Positions 1-13,710 of a DNA stretch of 64,000 bases are shown here, piece by piece; the first letter of the stretch is position 1; every line of letters begins with the position of its first letter. This DNA is from the human T2T-CHM13v2.0 reference genome, Homo sapiens. Where the stretch lies: assembly GCF_009914755.1 (NCBI RefSeq), contig NC_060934.1. The stretch is one strand, 5' to 3'. Under the pieces are notes generated by a model. It did not search any database and was not told the origin of the DNA. It was given only the letters and a program-made list of their open reading frames with translations. The position numbers were made by a program, and so were the translations under genes.

Positions 1-725
1 GTTTTCAAAATAATTAAAATTTTTGTCCTAACTATATGGTTTTAAAAGATGTGCTTCAAAAAACATTTAATGTAGGAAGAAACACTGTATACATTGTCCT
101 TTGTCACTTTTTGTTGCAAGTTTGGAAGAATAAGGTATTATCCAAGTAGGCTACTTGTAATAGGACTTACCCAGGAAGATTTTCCTTATTAGATATTAGT
201 CTTTCTAATATGCCATCAGATGAGGCTTGAGACTACTCCATTTTCTGTAGAGTTTTAGGAAAAAATTTAAGAGTGACTAAAGATGCTCTGTAGCCTCAAA
301 ATCTGTTACAGATTTTGAGGTTCTGTTACAGAACCGTGGCAGGGAGGTTAATTTAGGTACTCTTCTATAAATTTTTCATAAATGATATCTAGTAGATTTT
401 ATTCTTTCCCAGCCTTCATTTAACTCCCTCCACGTGGCTGTGTAGCAAACCATCCAATTTAAATGGGATTTATCTCTCACTAGCTTCATGATTGTGCCAA
501 TGCCATTTATTGCATCGTCAATGTTTGGTAAGGAGTGGGCATGTATAATAGTGTATTATACAAGCCTTGGAACTGCTGCGTTCATTTTTGTTCCTAAGAA
601 TTAAAGAAGCCTGAAAATAAAGTTGGTGCGTAGTGTTATGCATAGTCCAGAGAATCATAAGAAAATGTAGCTAGGACCCTGATCAGACCAAACCTGGAAC
701 TTTTCTTCCTTTGGACTTTGGGAAG

Positions 726-1123
726 TGTCTTAGTGTGCTTGGGCTGCCATAACAAAATAACACAGACTAAGTGGGTTAAACAATAGAAATGTATTATCTC
801 CCAGTTCCAGAGGGTAGACAGTTCAAGATCAGGGTACCAGTTGTTGGTTTCTGGTAAAACCTCTCTTCCTGGCTCTGCAAATGGCTGCCTTCACACTGTG
901 TACTCACATGGCCTTTCCTCCATGCATGCAGGAAGAGAGGGAGAGTATGCAAGTTCTTTGGTGTCTCTCCTTTAAGGACATTAATTATATCAGATCAGAA
1001 TCCCATGTTTATAAACTTCATTTAAACCTAATTATGTCCTAAAGGCCCTGTCTTCAAATACAGCCACACTGGGGGGTTAGGGCTTTAACATATGAATTTG
1101 AGAACACAATTCAGTTCATACCA
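726..1123 (-). mobile_element. MLT1A/B-type MaLR solo LTR nested in an older MLT1J/K-like LTR
   Basis: TG...CA ends, typical motifs (gggctgccataacaaaa, ttcaagatc, catatgaatt), near-TSD GGAAG/GGGAG; flank 1129-1212 resembles an old MLT1 3' end (ccagtttgagttaggttttctgttacttgca). Confidence 0.8.
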
Positions 1124-2365
1124 GGGAGTGTAAACTTCATGTAGATCTCTTCTTTATACCAGTTTGAGTTAGGTTTTCTGTTACTTGCATTTGAAATAAT
1201 CTTAACTAATAGTGCTCCTAAGGTACAGTAACTCTTGCTTAACAACCCTCAGAAGTTTGACCAATTTATTCTATGCGTGTATTATTTACCACATTCAGCC
1301 ACTGGGCTTTTGATTTTTCATCTTTTTCAAACTGATGACTTGAACATATAAGCAATTTTTTCTTTTTAATATTCATATTTTTATTGCATTTTAAGTTAGA
1401 AGTGTATTCTGTTAATATGTTCGTTTGTAAGAAAAAATCCTTTAAATGTCATGAAGGTATAAAATTGAAAGATAGTTTGTGGAATAACAGTTATTAGGAG
1501 GTAAATTTCTTCATTTCAACACAATTTCCCTGTTTCTAACATTTTTCAGTGAAATATAATAATATGCCCAAACCATCTTTTAAAATATGTACTTAAGACT
1601 TGACATTTATGATCAGTTAACCTCAAATTGCTATAAAATAGCGACAATATTATCTCTTTTTACAATTGGCCAACTAGATTACCACCAGAGGGTATTTATT
1701 TGTCACAGCAACCTGCATTACAATGTAACGTTATAGCACACTATGTTACTTATATTGAATTCTTTTAATTTTCCCTAAATGAGATTACCTAATAAGTTCC
1801 ATTTTTTTACATTAAGAATCCTTTCAAAATGACCATTTTATGAATAATAAAATCAAGTTATTGAAATATCTCTCCCTAAGTTTTTATGCTTCCCTTTTTT
1901 ATTCCTGTAGCTGATATACTTGCTTTTTAATGTTTGTTTTCTTTCTTTCTTTCTTTGTTCTTTTTACTCCCTATTTCCTTTGGGTGGATTGTACTGAGGG
2001 GTGTTGAACCTTTCAGATCTTTTGATATTATTATCGTACAGCATATTTTTTTTTGAAAAAGAAAGCCCAATTATTCCCCCATCAATATCTATATCATGGA
2101 GCATAAAAGCTTTTGCATAATGTGATAGGAAAAGAAGACCTGAAAGAAAGCAGTAGATACTTATTTTTTCTGTGACAAATTTGCCACAGTACCAAATTAA
2201 AACATACTAGTGTTCAATGATACCCATTAAACCCTTTGATTTAAGAGATAGAGAAAAGCTAACTGGAATACACAAACCTACAAATATGTCACTTAACATA
2301 ATAAAAGTTTACAATGCTTCTGTGTCACATCAAGTCCAGTGGGCAAAAAAGGAGCCAGTGGAAGG

Positions 2366-2770
2366 TGTAGTAGGCTGTTCTTGCAATGCTATAAAAAATA
2401 TCTGAGTCTGGATAAATTATAAAGAAAAGAGTTTAATTGGCTCATGGTTCTGCAGGCTTTACAGGAAGGATGGTGCTGGCATCTGCTCAACTTCTAGAGC
2501 AGCCTCAGGAAGTTTACAATCATGGTAGAAGGTGAAGGGGGGGCAGGCTTGTCACATGGCGAAAGCAGGAACAAGCAAGAGAGTTAAGGAAGGAGAAGTG
2601 CCACACATTTTTAAATGACCAGATCTTAGGAGAACTCACTCACTATTGTGAAGTCAGCATCAAGCCATGAAGGATCTTTTCCCCTGACCCGAATACCAGG
2701 CCCCACCTCCAACACTGGGATTACAATTCAACCTGAGATTTGAGTTGGGACAAATATCCAAACTATATCA
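2366..2770 (-). mobile_element. MSTA/MSTB MaLR solo LTR
   Basis: tgtagtagg...aactatatca with a perfect 5-bp TSD GAAGG (2361-2365 / 2771-2775). Confidence 0.9.
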
Positions 2771-3173
2771 GAAGGGATAGCATGGAATACAGGACACTGC
2801 TTCACATGGTCATTTAAGAAATTCAGATGATGGAAATTCTGTCATTCTTCAGGTGTCCAAGATTGTCAATAAAGACGGAGACTCTCTAGTAGTCACCAAA
2901 GGAAGAATATAACTTTTTAACTATGCTGAATAAATATGACAAATATTTATTGTTTGCCTGTTTGTTTTGCTTTTTAGCAAAGCAAGTGTTCTTAAACTGT
3001 TTTTTGTTTGTATGTATATTTTTTAAGAGAACTGTCACTTTTGTTTGCAATGTAATTTATTAGAAATCAAGAACATTTATAAAGTATTACCCTATATAAG
3101 GATAATAATGCCAAATGAGACATTCAGTATTAGAAAAAATGATGTTATTCAAATCAATTTAAAAACCAATTTA

Positions 3174-3303
3174 GGGAGGCTGAGGCAGGAGAATGGCGTG
3201 AACCCGGGAGGCGGAGCTTGCACTGAGCCAAGATCACGCCACTGCACTCCAGCCTGGGTGACAGAGCGAGACTCCGTATCAAAAAAAAAAAAAAAAAAAA
3301 AAA
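3174..3303 (+). mobile_element. 5'-truncated AluY (right arm only) with poly(A)
   Basis: gagaatggcgtgaacccgggaggcggagcttgca is AluY-diagnostic; ~23-nt A tail. Confidence 0.9.
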
Positions 3304-3977
3304 GAAAAATCATTTATTTAGCAAAAATGTATTGACACCTACTATCTCCCAAGTAGTAACATATATTTTACTGGATTTTTGATATTTACTGGAGATTATG
3401 AGAATATTATTTTAAAAATATTTTCTTACACTGTTTATTGATTTTAGTAGCCAAGTTTCTACGTCACGTTAGCTCTTTTACTGCTAACCTAATAGGAATT
3501 ACCATAGAAAGCATCTGACACAAACCCTTAAAGTGTATAACTCCTTGTTTCAAGAAAGTGAGATTATGAAAATTGTATATTTTATGTTGTCCTTATACAT
3601 CATTACAAAAACGATAATCAGTTGAGTCATAAAGTTTAGATAAGAAAGAATTTAAGCTCCTCATGAGAAATTCAACTAGTATTCCCGTCTCAAACTGAAT
3701 CTTTATTATGTAACTCTTAAGGAAGAGGAATGTTGTGAATTATTAATCATATAAAAATACATTTTGGTATTTAAGTTGTATCTACTGAATATAAGTAACT
3801 TTTCTATATACACTATTATTTGCTACGACAGATTTTCTGAAAGAAACTGTTGACAGGATCTGGTATCTGGATGTAAGGGATGATATAATTGAAATGTAAA
3901 TTGTTTTTAACATTTTAGCTGGAAAGTAATGGTGAAACAGAGAAGTCAGGGGAAAGGGAAGAACTTGCAATTTAATA

Positions 3978-4153
3978 CTTTGAACCTTAGACAGTTTACT
4001 TCAACTCTCTGTGACTTAGCTTTCCCATGTTTTAAATGAACACATGACAGTATGCTTGATCTATCACCTGTAATTTTAGGAATTAAACAGGTAATTCATG
4101 TAAAACACTCAGCATAGTGCTTGGTACATATTACTCAATAGATGTTAGTTGCT
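3978..4153 (+). mobile_element. MIR SINE fragment
   Basis: MIR core/3' motifs (ttacttcaactctctgtg, catgtaaaacactcagcatagtgcttggtacata). Confidence 0.65.
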
Positions 4154-4328
4154 TTTCTAATCATGAACATTATTAATGGTTCAGCTTGGACATGGTAGGT
4201 TTGAGGTGATATTAATATTTGTATCACAGTTCTTAAGGGTATGATGGTCTGACTGAAATTCAGAAAAATGAACCCTTAGATCATATCTAAAGTGTCCATT
4301 CTCAGTACCATATTTTAAGAGTTACATT

Positions 4329-4626
4329 GGCCAGGTGCGGTGGCTCACACCTGTAATCCCAGCACTTTGGGAGGCTGAGGAGGGCAGATCATGAGGTCAG
4401 GAGATCGAGACTATCCTGGCCAACATGGTGTAACCCCGTCTCTACTAAAAATACAAAACAAATTAAGTGGGCGTGGTGGCGCACATCTGTAGTCCCAGCT
4501 ACTCAGGAGGCTGAGGCAGGAGAGTTGCTTGAACCCGGGAGGCAGAGGCTGCAGTGAGGCTGAGATCACCCCACTGCACTCCAGCCTGGGCAACAGAGTG
4601 AGACTCTGTCTCAAAAAAAAAAAAAA
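4329..4626 (+). mobile_element. Full-length AluS (Sc-like)
   Basis: Dimeric Alu with A tail; TSD ~AAGAGTTACATT/AAAAGTTACACT. Confidence 0.95.
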
Positions 4627-4691
4627 GTTACACTATTATTCCAGGTATAACAAGAGAAGTATAACCACTATGATAATAATTCAGACTAGAG

Positions 4692-4885
4692 AAGGGTTCC
4701 TCAACCTTGGCAATATTAGCATTCTGGGCTAGGAAAATGCTGTTGGAAGGGCGACCTATATATTGTATGATATTTAAGTAACATCCCACTAGATGCCTGT
4801 CAAGTGATGAAACCCAAAAATGTCTCTAGATACACTGCCAGATATCGCCTGGAGAACAAAAACATTCCTGGTTGAGAAACACTGT
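4692..4885 (-). mobile_element. MER20 (hAT-Charlie MITE)
   Basis: gggttcctcaaccttggc...aaaaatgtctctaga...ggttgagaaacactg matches the MER20 reverse complement. Confidence 0.75.
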
Positions 4886-5017
4886 ACTTGAGGCAATCCT
4901 GCATACAAGAAAACCTGTATATTCTTTAAATATATAAAGAAGTTTTAGCATACAGCAGACTGATTTTGTTTAACCTAGAAGGCAGACACAGCACTGGTTG
5001 ATAAAAGTTAGAATATT

Positions 5018-5337
5018 GGCCAGGTGTGGTGGCTCATGCCTATAATTTCAGCACTTTGGAAGGCCGAGGCCGGCAGATCACCTGAGGTCATGAGTTCGAG
5101 TGCAGCCTGGCCAACATGGTGAAACCCCATCTCTACTAAAAATACAAAAAAATTAGCTGAGGTGGTGGCATGCACCTGTAATCCTAGCTACTCAGGAGGC
5201 TGAGGTGGGAGAATTGCTGAAATCTGGAAGGCAGAGGTTGCAGTGAGCCAAGATTGTGCCACTACACTTCAGCCTGGGTGACAGAGTGAGACTCCATCTC
5301 AAAAAAAATATATATATATATATATATAAATATATAT
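5018..5337 (+). mobile_element. Full-length AluSx with tail decayed into (TA)n
   Basis: Dimeric Alu, gatcacctgaggtc; tail A-run then (TA)n. Confidence 0.95.
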
Positions 5338-6109
5338 TTTCAAAATTTGAATTAACTAGAAAGAGAATGCACTAACTTGTCAGTCAGCAACTTCTCAGCT
5401 ACAATGAGTATTTAATTAGGTGCTGGATCACTATCAGAGCTGTACTGGGAATTTCCTTCCTGGGAGGGACTTGAAACTAAGAAATCTTTTATAGCCCTTT
5501 CAAGGATAAGATGCTCTCATTTTGACAGGTGTAAAGATGCAGATTTGGAAATCATTTAAATTGAGGTCGTAGTTGAAATCAGGAAAATAACTGAGCTTTC
5601 TCTTTGGGGGCAAGAGAAAAGAAGAGCACAATTGCATGAAGTGAATTTTAAGGAATATCCGTAATTTAAAAGAGGGAATTTGGAATGTAACCTATATTCA
5701 TTTAACCTATATTAGGTTAGGAAGTATTAAGGAAAACAAAACAAAACAAAATGAAAGAAAGTATTCAGGAGAGAGTTTTAAAGAATGAATGATTGGTATT
5801 GTCAATTGAGAAGTTAAAGTCTGATAATAGAGAAAGCACCAGTTTATACAATTTCTAGAAAATCATGGTGACTTTCTGTTGAAAGCAAATTCTGAGAAAA
5901 GTGTCCCCTAAAATATTGAATATTACATAAAGGGTGCTATGTTAAAAAATCACTTGTATGGTTGGAAAGGTTAGTATCACTGACTTTTTAAAAAATAGAT
6001 TTCCTTTGATTCTGGAGGCGGGATTAGAGAATGGATATGGAAACAGAGTGATTATGGGATGGATAGTGGGCACACTTAGAGCTGCCAGCATATGGAAAGG
6101 AAAAAAGTT

Positions 6110-6327
6110 TGAGGCTTAAGTAGCTGGATTTGTATTTTGGTACTACGACTTAGTCCGTGTGGGACTATAAGCAATTAACTTCAAAATCTCTGAGGACTGG
6201 ATTCCTCTTTTCTCAAATAAGAATAGTATATACTATCTTGAAGGATTTCTAAGACTAAATCCAATCATCGATGTGACGTACTAGCACAGCATCTGGAATG
6301 TGCGCAGCACTCAATGGATAGATGTTA
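6110..6327 (+). mobile_element. MIR SINE
   Basis: Degenerate MIR core and 3' end (tagcacagcatctggaatgtgcgcagcactcaat). Confidence 0.6.
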
Positions 6328-6812
6328 AAATTGACATTGTTGTTATCGTTGTCATTGAAGGATATTCTAAGGTCTTCTGCTTCAAATGAGGCATAGGCAA
6401 GGAGAAAAAATATATTGAAGACTTGACAAGAGTGGAAAGTGTCAAAAATTGCCACTGCTTATGAGTGACTTAAGTGATGAACACAATGATTAAGGATGAG
6501 AACCAGGTTTTTCTTGTAATGTCCAGTGACCAGCGAATTTGTAGTGTCCCAGGTCTGTTCACTTCTGGGTCTTCTCATAGCATAATCTATGACCACAGAG
6601 CAAAGAAAGGGAAAATAAACAGTGATACAGGGTTGAGATTGATTAATGAGATTCATGTAAATCTCTGTCATTTTGAGATTTGTCAGGCTTGAGTTACTTC
6701 TAACAAAGTACCCTGCATTATCATAGTTTATTGCATATAGTACCTAATATATTAGACCACATGTATGAACATTGTAACTGACTTATTTCTTAAAGTAAAC
6801 ATTAGCATATGC

Positions 6813-6984
6813 CAGGGTTTCTCAGCCTCGGTACTACTGACATTTTGTATTGCTGATCCTTTGCTGTTGGGGACAGTCTTGTGCATTGTAGAATTCTTGC
6901 AACACCCCTGCACTCCTCTCCCAGTTCTGACAAACAAAAATGTCTCTAGACATTGCCAAATGATTGCCAAAAGGGTTGGGAACC
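6813..6984 (-). mobile_element. MER20 (hAT-Charlie MITE)
   Basis: cagggtttctcagcctcggtactactgacatttt...aaaaatgtctctagacattgccaaatg. Confidence 0.8.
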
Positions 6985-7108
6985 AAAGGTTATTTTGGTT
7001 ATTTAATATGTTCATACATAAAGGTTATTTAATATGTTCATATATAATATGTTCAGATGTAATTTAATATGTTCATATATAAAGGTTATTTAATATGTTC
7101 ATATATAA
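6985..7108. repeat. Short AT-rich tandem repeat, ~26-bp unit AAAGGTTATTTAATATGTTCATATAT
   Basis: About 3 full and 2 partial copies; core TAATATGTTCA occurs 5 times. Confidence 0.85.
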
Positions 7109-7503
7109 AATAGTGATAAAAATAATATAAATGTACATGTGTGACGTTTGGATTTATAAAATTTCCATATTTTATAACTCATAATAGCAATTCTAAATAG
7201 ATTTTGGTTGTGATTTCTGTTGCTTCATAAGACCAATGTAATTATAAATTTACATTCCTTCTGACAGAGAAAATTCTAAATATTGACCATAATCTATAGC
7301 AAGAAATATAAATATTTTTTCTACCTGTACATTTTGGTTTTGAGAGAACATTTTAAGCATTGGAAATTTATCATATTTTTGATTGTTTACCTAGACAAAG
7401 TTATTACTTATATATATATGTATTTGAGTCTTTCATGTACTGTTTTTTCATTACATAGTTCAAATAAGTTTTGAGCAAAAATTATTTGTGTTTTATTTTC
7501 CAG

Positions 7504-7582
7504 TTGTTTCCTATCCTTATTGCTGGTGGCTGCTGTGGTATGGAAGATCAAACAAACTTGTTGGGCTTCTCGACGGAGAGAG
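7504..7582 (+). CDS. ATRNL1: Internal coding exon of attractin-like 1 (end of TM helix + juxtamembrane segment), probably exon 26
   Basis: Acceptor ttttattttccag (AG 7502-7503); 79 bp = 1 nt + 26 codons CFLSLLLVAAVVWKIKQTCWASRRRE; donor GAG|gtatca. The peptide matches the attractin family; as recalled, KQTC is ATRNL1 whereas ATRN has KQSC. Exon number is from memory. Confidence 0.95.
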
Positions 7583-9851
7583 GTATCAGTAATATTATTT
7601 AATCTTTTGTTTAAAGATTTAAGCAAATATATGGATCTCTATTGTCTGTTAATTACCATGCTCTCTTGGAATGCAGAATTTCAAATCATTTTTACATACT
7701 AATATTCAAAAATCACTCTAGTATTTTTTAAGCTGTAGAGCAAACTTTATCACTGTAATTTTAAGTTAGTATTTGTAAAAGCATTGGTTTGTTGCAAACA
7801 GTTTCTAAAAATGGTATTGGAATTTATAGTGAATACAATTATTATGTTTAAAAAATTTTGTAATATATTTAACAGGCATTTAGTTATGCTATAAAGACAT
7901 ACTTTATTTTTCATAAGCGTCTGTTGAAATTTAAAATTCTGAGTGATAAATATTTATTTTTGGTTTTTGAAAAATATTTTATCTCCTAGAAATTTATTAT
8001 AACATTCTTTTTTTGGGAATCAAATCTTTTCCATTTTCTGATTATCTAATAATCCAACTCTGTTTAAAGAGCACATCCATTGGATAAATTTCTGTATTAG
8101 AATTATTTTTCTCGTAATCCTAAAATTGATGAAAACAATAATATTCTTACAAAATAACAACTGATTATATAAATTGTGTATATTCGTTAATCGAAAGGAA
8201 CGAAGAAACAAAATCATCTGAGGAGCAAAAGTATGCAGTAGATTTATTGTTCATACCTCATTTATTCAAAAAACTAGTTTCTGTTTTTATCAGTATTCTT
8301 TTATTATAATGTATTCTATTGTATTAATCTTAATATTTTATTTGCTATTGCATTTCTCCATATATTTCTATATGGATGGTTTTTGTAACAATATAAAACA
8401 ACAGTATAATTGCTTACCTTCTTTTTTCCACATAAAAAATATAATATTTAAAGACATGTAAAAATAATCCAGAGTGTTCTAAGCTATAGAATTAGTGAGT
8501 GATATGGGTTCTTCTTAGTCTATTTTTAAGCACCCATCAAAGATCAGTACTATCTATAATATATTTGCAAACTGGAGTCCCTCCCTGTCTTCAAATAAAT
8601 CATTCATCTTAATACTCTCTGCCTCTCTGATTTTCTGTTTATGGCCAGTGCAGCATCAGTGAGGGTTTACTTGGAATGACTGTATGTTAAAAAGTAATCC
8701 CATGGAAAAAGAGCTTATTAAATATAAATATATAACTATTAGGCAGGAAGTGGAATTCTCTGCAGAGGTAAACAATCTTCTAGACATGTTAGATGATCTA
8801 TTACAGTAAAATTATAGATTCAGGAAGGAAAAATCATAATTATAGGCAGGTAGTGTGAAGGCCTTCCTTCCCTAATGGAATAAGGCAAGTGACAATTTAT
8901 GTCCTTAATCATTAGAAGAGAAGGCTGAATCAATCAGGGAGCCTCTGTTCCCATTGCATCCTGAGGAGCACTATTTAAATATCTGATCTCTAAAATTTAT
9001 AAAATGCATCTATGTAAATATAGCATTGTGAAAATATCAATTTGTAAGTAAAAAATATCTGCCATTAACTGGCAGCTGAATGTAAGTAAGTTGTCTAGTT
9101 AAATTTCCTTACCTCTTAAAAGAAGGATTTGTACCCTAGAGCTAATTCTCAGTTGTGGTCTAGTCTTTTGAGCCCTATAAATGTTTACATGTAGTAGCTA
9201 AAGTTTAGAAATGATATTTAATATTTGTTAAAACTAATATGAATAGTTTAGCTATAAAACTTTCATACTTCTCAAAATGACAAATTGATTTTGGCTAATA
9301 TTGTATTATCTCAGTGTAGTAATGCTGTTTATTACATACTAATCAGGTGCTCTGGCAAGTTGATACTACTTCAATTTTTAAAATATAGATATAAATTTAT
9401 CTTTTGGAAGTCAAAATCTTTCAATATATGTGGTAGATGTGGAAAGGATAAAAGACAAATAGTAGAGGGGAGCTAGATTAGGAACACTTTCCAGTTTTTA
9501 TCTGTATTATTAATATTACTGTGTTCTCTGGAAATTCCTTTAATATAATGCCCTTCTTTCCAAAACTCATCCAGGTAGTGCTTCTTTCTATTAAAGTGTA
9601 TAATAGTGTTTGCATTTAATTTGCTACTGCTTCCGAAAAAGAAAATGTATCTTGAGGGTTTATGTTATGCTATAGCATTACATGTTAAAACATATTTTGA
9701 GGAATTTTCTGAAATTTAATTTTACTAAATTCCTTTAAATGTAAAATTCTAAATGTTATAGAAACTATTCATATATTGATGTCCAAAGTAAAGATGACAT
9801 TGTCTTTGATGATTATTAAAGATCTGCAATTAGCAAGTAATTTTAATATTA

Positions 9852-10183
9852 CAATTGTCCCCCCTTATCCATAGTTTCAGTTAGTCAAAGACAATTGCAG
9901 TCCAAAACTATTAAGATATTTTGAGAGAAAGAAATGGTGGGGGAGGTGGGAAGTGACAGAGAGAGAGAGACCACATTCACATAAATTTTAGGACAGCATA
10001 TTATTATAATTGTTCTATTTCATTATTATTGTGGTTAATCTCTTGCTGTACCTAATTTATAAATTAAAATTTATCATTGGTATGTATGTATAGGGAAAAA
10101 CATAGTATATATAGGGCTTAGTAGTATCCACAGTTTTAGGCATCCTCTGGGTGTGTTGAAACATATTTAAAGGGGAACTACTG
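9852..10183 (+). mobile_element. MER44A (Tigger7-derived MITE)
   Basis: TIRs caattgtccccccttatcc / aaggggaactactg, TA on the left, internal gagagagaccacattcacata motif. Confidence 0.85.
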
Positions 10184-13100
10184 TGTTAAGAAATTGTTTT
10201 TCATTTTGGTCTTAAGAGCCCTGGAGATTTTTAACCACACTAGTTGTAGTTATGTGATAATTCCATTTATAGACTTTATGTGAGTGGAGGTAAAAATGTG
10301 TTTATATCTAATCCTCTCTTTATTCAGTTTTAAATATTAGATTAACTGTAATATTTCCCAAAGGAAAAGAACCCACTATTATTTCTTTATGTGAATGTTA
10401 CTGTCTCTTCAAAACATTGAAGAAATCAATTATTGTAAAACTCAGAGGACACCTTTGATTAGTAAAATGACAGTTTATCTGTTACAGTAAATGAAAGTTA
10501 CTTAAAGGATTCTTCTTAGAAATTATGTAGTTTTATTTCAGCAGTTATACTAGTTGCTTTTCTAAATGTAATGAAAGTTTAAAATGAAAATAATCTTTGG
10601 AAATGTTTTAATATATTGTGTTCATTCAACTAGATGTGTTACTTTTTAAACCAAAGTTTTGTTTTCTCATAAACATAGATATACTTTTTGTGGCATAATT
10701 TTAAATTCAGAGGATAGTTAGTCATGTTATGACTTTTGAATAACACCCCTGAGAATTCAGGGGCTCTTAAACACACATTAAAAAAATGAAACTACACACA
10801 AAAGGCTTCAATTTTGATATGACCCCTTCATACACTAACCCCAAACAAATTTCTGTGGTGTTAAAAAGATGAAAACTTTCTTTTGGGATGCGCTAATGAA
10901 TGGAAACAATAAGTGTATATTGATAAGTGGAAATATTTACACTAGAAAGATGAATTCATTTATATAGCTTGTCCTTTTTACAGCGGTATTAAAAACATTT
11001 AGCTTCAATGGCATATTCAGTTATAGTCATCACATTACTGAAATATTTGTCAGGAGCAAGTATATGTAAAAAGGAGTCTATTGAGCTATTTTTATGCTTG
11101 ATAATCTTCATTCTTAATCTGAAATTTGAATATTAATAGGTATCATAAGGCAGAAAAATATGAAGATATTATAATTGTTCCCTGCAATGAAGATATTTGA
11201 TCATATATTTGGCTATCGTGTGAAAATATGATGCATATTTTAATAGTTACAAGAAGTTAATTTTTTTCCATTTTGAGTTGTTTAAATGTAGCATGTCTCT
11301 GTGAAACTTTAACTGCAAAATCTGTAGAATAATAGATCCATAGGCAAAGGAAGGGTTATTTTTACATTAACTTCATATTACTAGTGAGTCTGAGTATTTG
11401 AATAATCTCTACATTTCATGTGATAGCAATTTTTCCATTTTTAATTCTTGTAAATTTACAGTTTTTTTAAGTTTAAAAATATTTTAATGTAGAACTTTAC
11501 CACACTACTTTTTAATATTTCTCACATATTACACTTCTTTTCTGCTTCAAAATGAATACAGGAAATTTTGGAGGATAAGACATGCCCAATGAGGGATTGA
11601 ATTTATGTTCATAATACCCTATCTCCCTGCATATTTTGTAATCATGAAGAATAAAACTTAGATTTGCATTTTTTATTATCACCCTGAAATTTGAGTTAAA
11701 AATAATAAACCAATACCCACAAGTAGAATTTTAGTAGCTTTGAGTAACAAACTAGTTTTCCAGAGGCAAATACATTAGTTCTTTCCTTCTATACCTGTTT
11801 TACTGGTACAAATCCAGACAAAAGTAATAATATTAAACTGTACTTTAATAATGACATTTTATGGTGTATAAACCAATTAGTTATAAAATATTCTCTGACG
11901 CAGTGATAAATAGATTCTCATCTAAGTAATATTAATGCAATGTAGCAGTGTTTTATAAATTGAACTACTCTTTTCTCCTTAGACACTAAATATATTTACA
12001 GAAAGAGGATTCGGCACAGAATAAAAACATTAAGGAAAATGTGAAAGTGTTATTTTAGGTGGATAAATTCAAATTAACTGATAAGGTACTGCCTGCAACC
12101 TTTTGTAGAATTTCATAGCACTTCAAAGTTCTGTATTTTGTAAATGTTTAAACATTTTAACATATAGATAAAGCTTTCCATTAAACACATGCTTTTTAAA
12201 ACTCGTTAGTAAATATTTCACTCAAATAAATGCCTTTGCAGTTAATGGCCACAATGTCAACTTACTGTTGCTTGTCATTTGCTTTTTATTGAATTGCAAA
12301 CTAAAATGATTATTATTGTATTAATTTTCTTCCTTTATCCTATGAGACTAGAAATTACAGGTCTTCCGCATGCCTATTGCATTATCATACTTTCAAAATT
12401 TTAACATAAATTTACTTTAAAATAACTTGAGAAGTCAAATATGTATGCAGTTAAGATTTGAAAAATAACTGATACTTACCTTGTAAACCTGTTTCCAAAG
12501 ACTTCATGGTAAATATAGTGCTTTCATTTTGCTCAGTTCAACAAAGGTGTATCAATTTCTTGCTATATTATAGACAAATTGATAAATACTGAGGATATAA
12601 AGAAAAAGATATAGGCCCCATTATTGGGGAATTTGTAGTTTTAAAACATTTCAATAAGGCAGACACACACACACACATACACGTGCAAAGTTCTTAGGGG
12701 AGCACCTGGATTTACTTTATTGTGATGACATGCATAGGGAGATAGAATATATCGAAAAGTTTTCTGGAAGTCAGATTAGTAATGGAAGTAAATGTGAACT
12801 GTTTCATAATTATACACAGGATTAATTTCAAAAAAACCCCTAAACAAAAAAACTTTGGGCACTGTTTTTACTGTATATACAATATAACAAATTTGTCTAA
12901 AATCACTTTTTCTTTATTATATGCTATTATCTTTATATTTAGACCCAGTTACTTAGACTAAAACATTATATTGATTTATTCTAAAAAATGTAGTCTCGCT
13001 AACCACAAAATCTTATCTGTATTATATATTCAAACGAATGTATATCTCGATATATGTGTCTGATGTTTATGTGTGTATATGTGTTTTTATGCTAAAAAGT

Positions 13101-13591
13101 TCATTTTTTATCTAAAATGCAAACTTAACCAAGTGTTCTGTATTCTTATTTGCTCAATCTGGCAACCTTATTTTCAACACAAATGCTCACCCTGGAGCTC
13201 AGGGGTGGGTTCAACCTCATAAAATCCACAGGAACTCAGAGAGAAGTAGAAAGGAATAATTTTCTAAAGTTAGAATCTTGATTTGTTTTCAAAATAAGGG
13301 GGAGTTATACTGGGCAAGCAAAAATAAAAGATGTTTACTCCGTATATTATCTATCAAAATTAAAAACTCTTTGACTCAATGGTTAGATTTCTGAAAATAT
13401 ATCTTAAAGATATATATCTGCCTAGCTTTTCAAAGTATACTCATATATAGACACTTACAGAGAGATTTTTGTATATCAGAACTATTTCATATCATTCAAA
13501 AAGATTCGAGAAAGAAATTCTGTGTTCTTACAGTGGGATATTAGGTAACTGAAAAAAAGAATGAGGCATATTTGTGTTAATATTAAATTAG

Positions 13592-13710
13592 TTTATTCCT
13601 TCAACAAATATTTATTGAACAACTATTGTTGTTTCAAGCACATTTTTAGACAAATACAGCAATGAACAAGCCAAATAAAATCACAGCCCTCAAAAATGTT
13701 TACAGATCTT
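13592..13710 (-). mobile_element. L2 3'-end fragment
   Basis: ttcaacaaatatttattga...cagcaatgaacaag. Confidence 0.6.

Noticed and set aside
6985-7108. Repeat array as CRISPR-like
   Set aside because: Units are directly tandem with no unique spacers, there are no cas genes, and the context is a primate intron.
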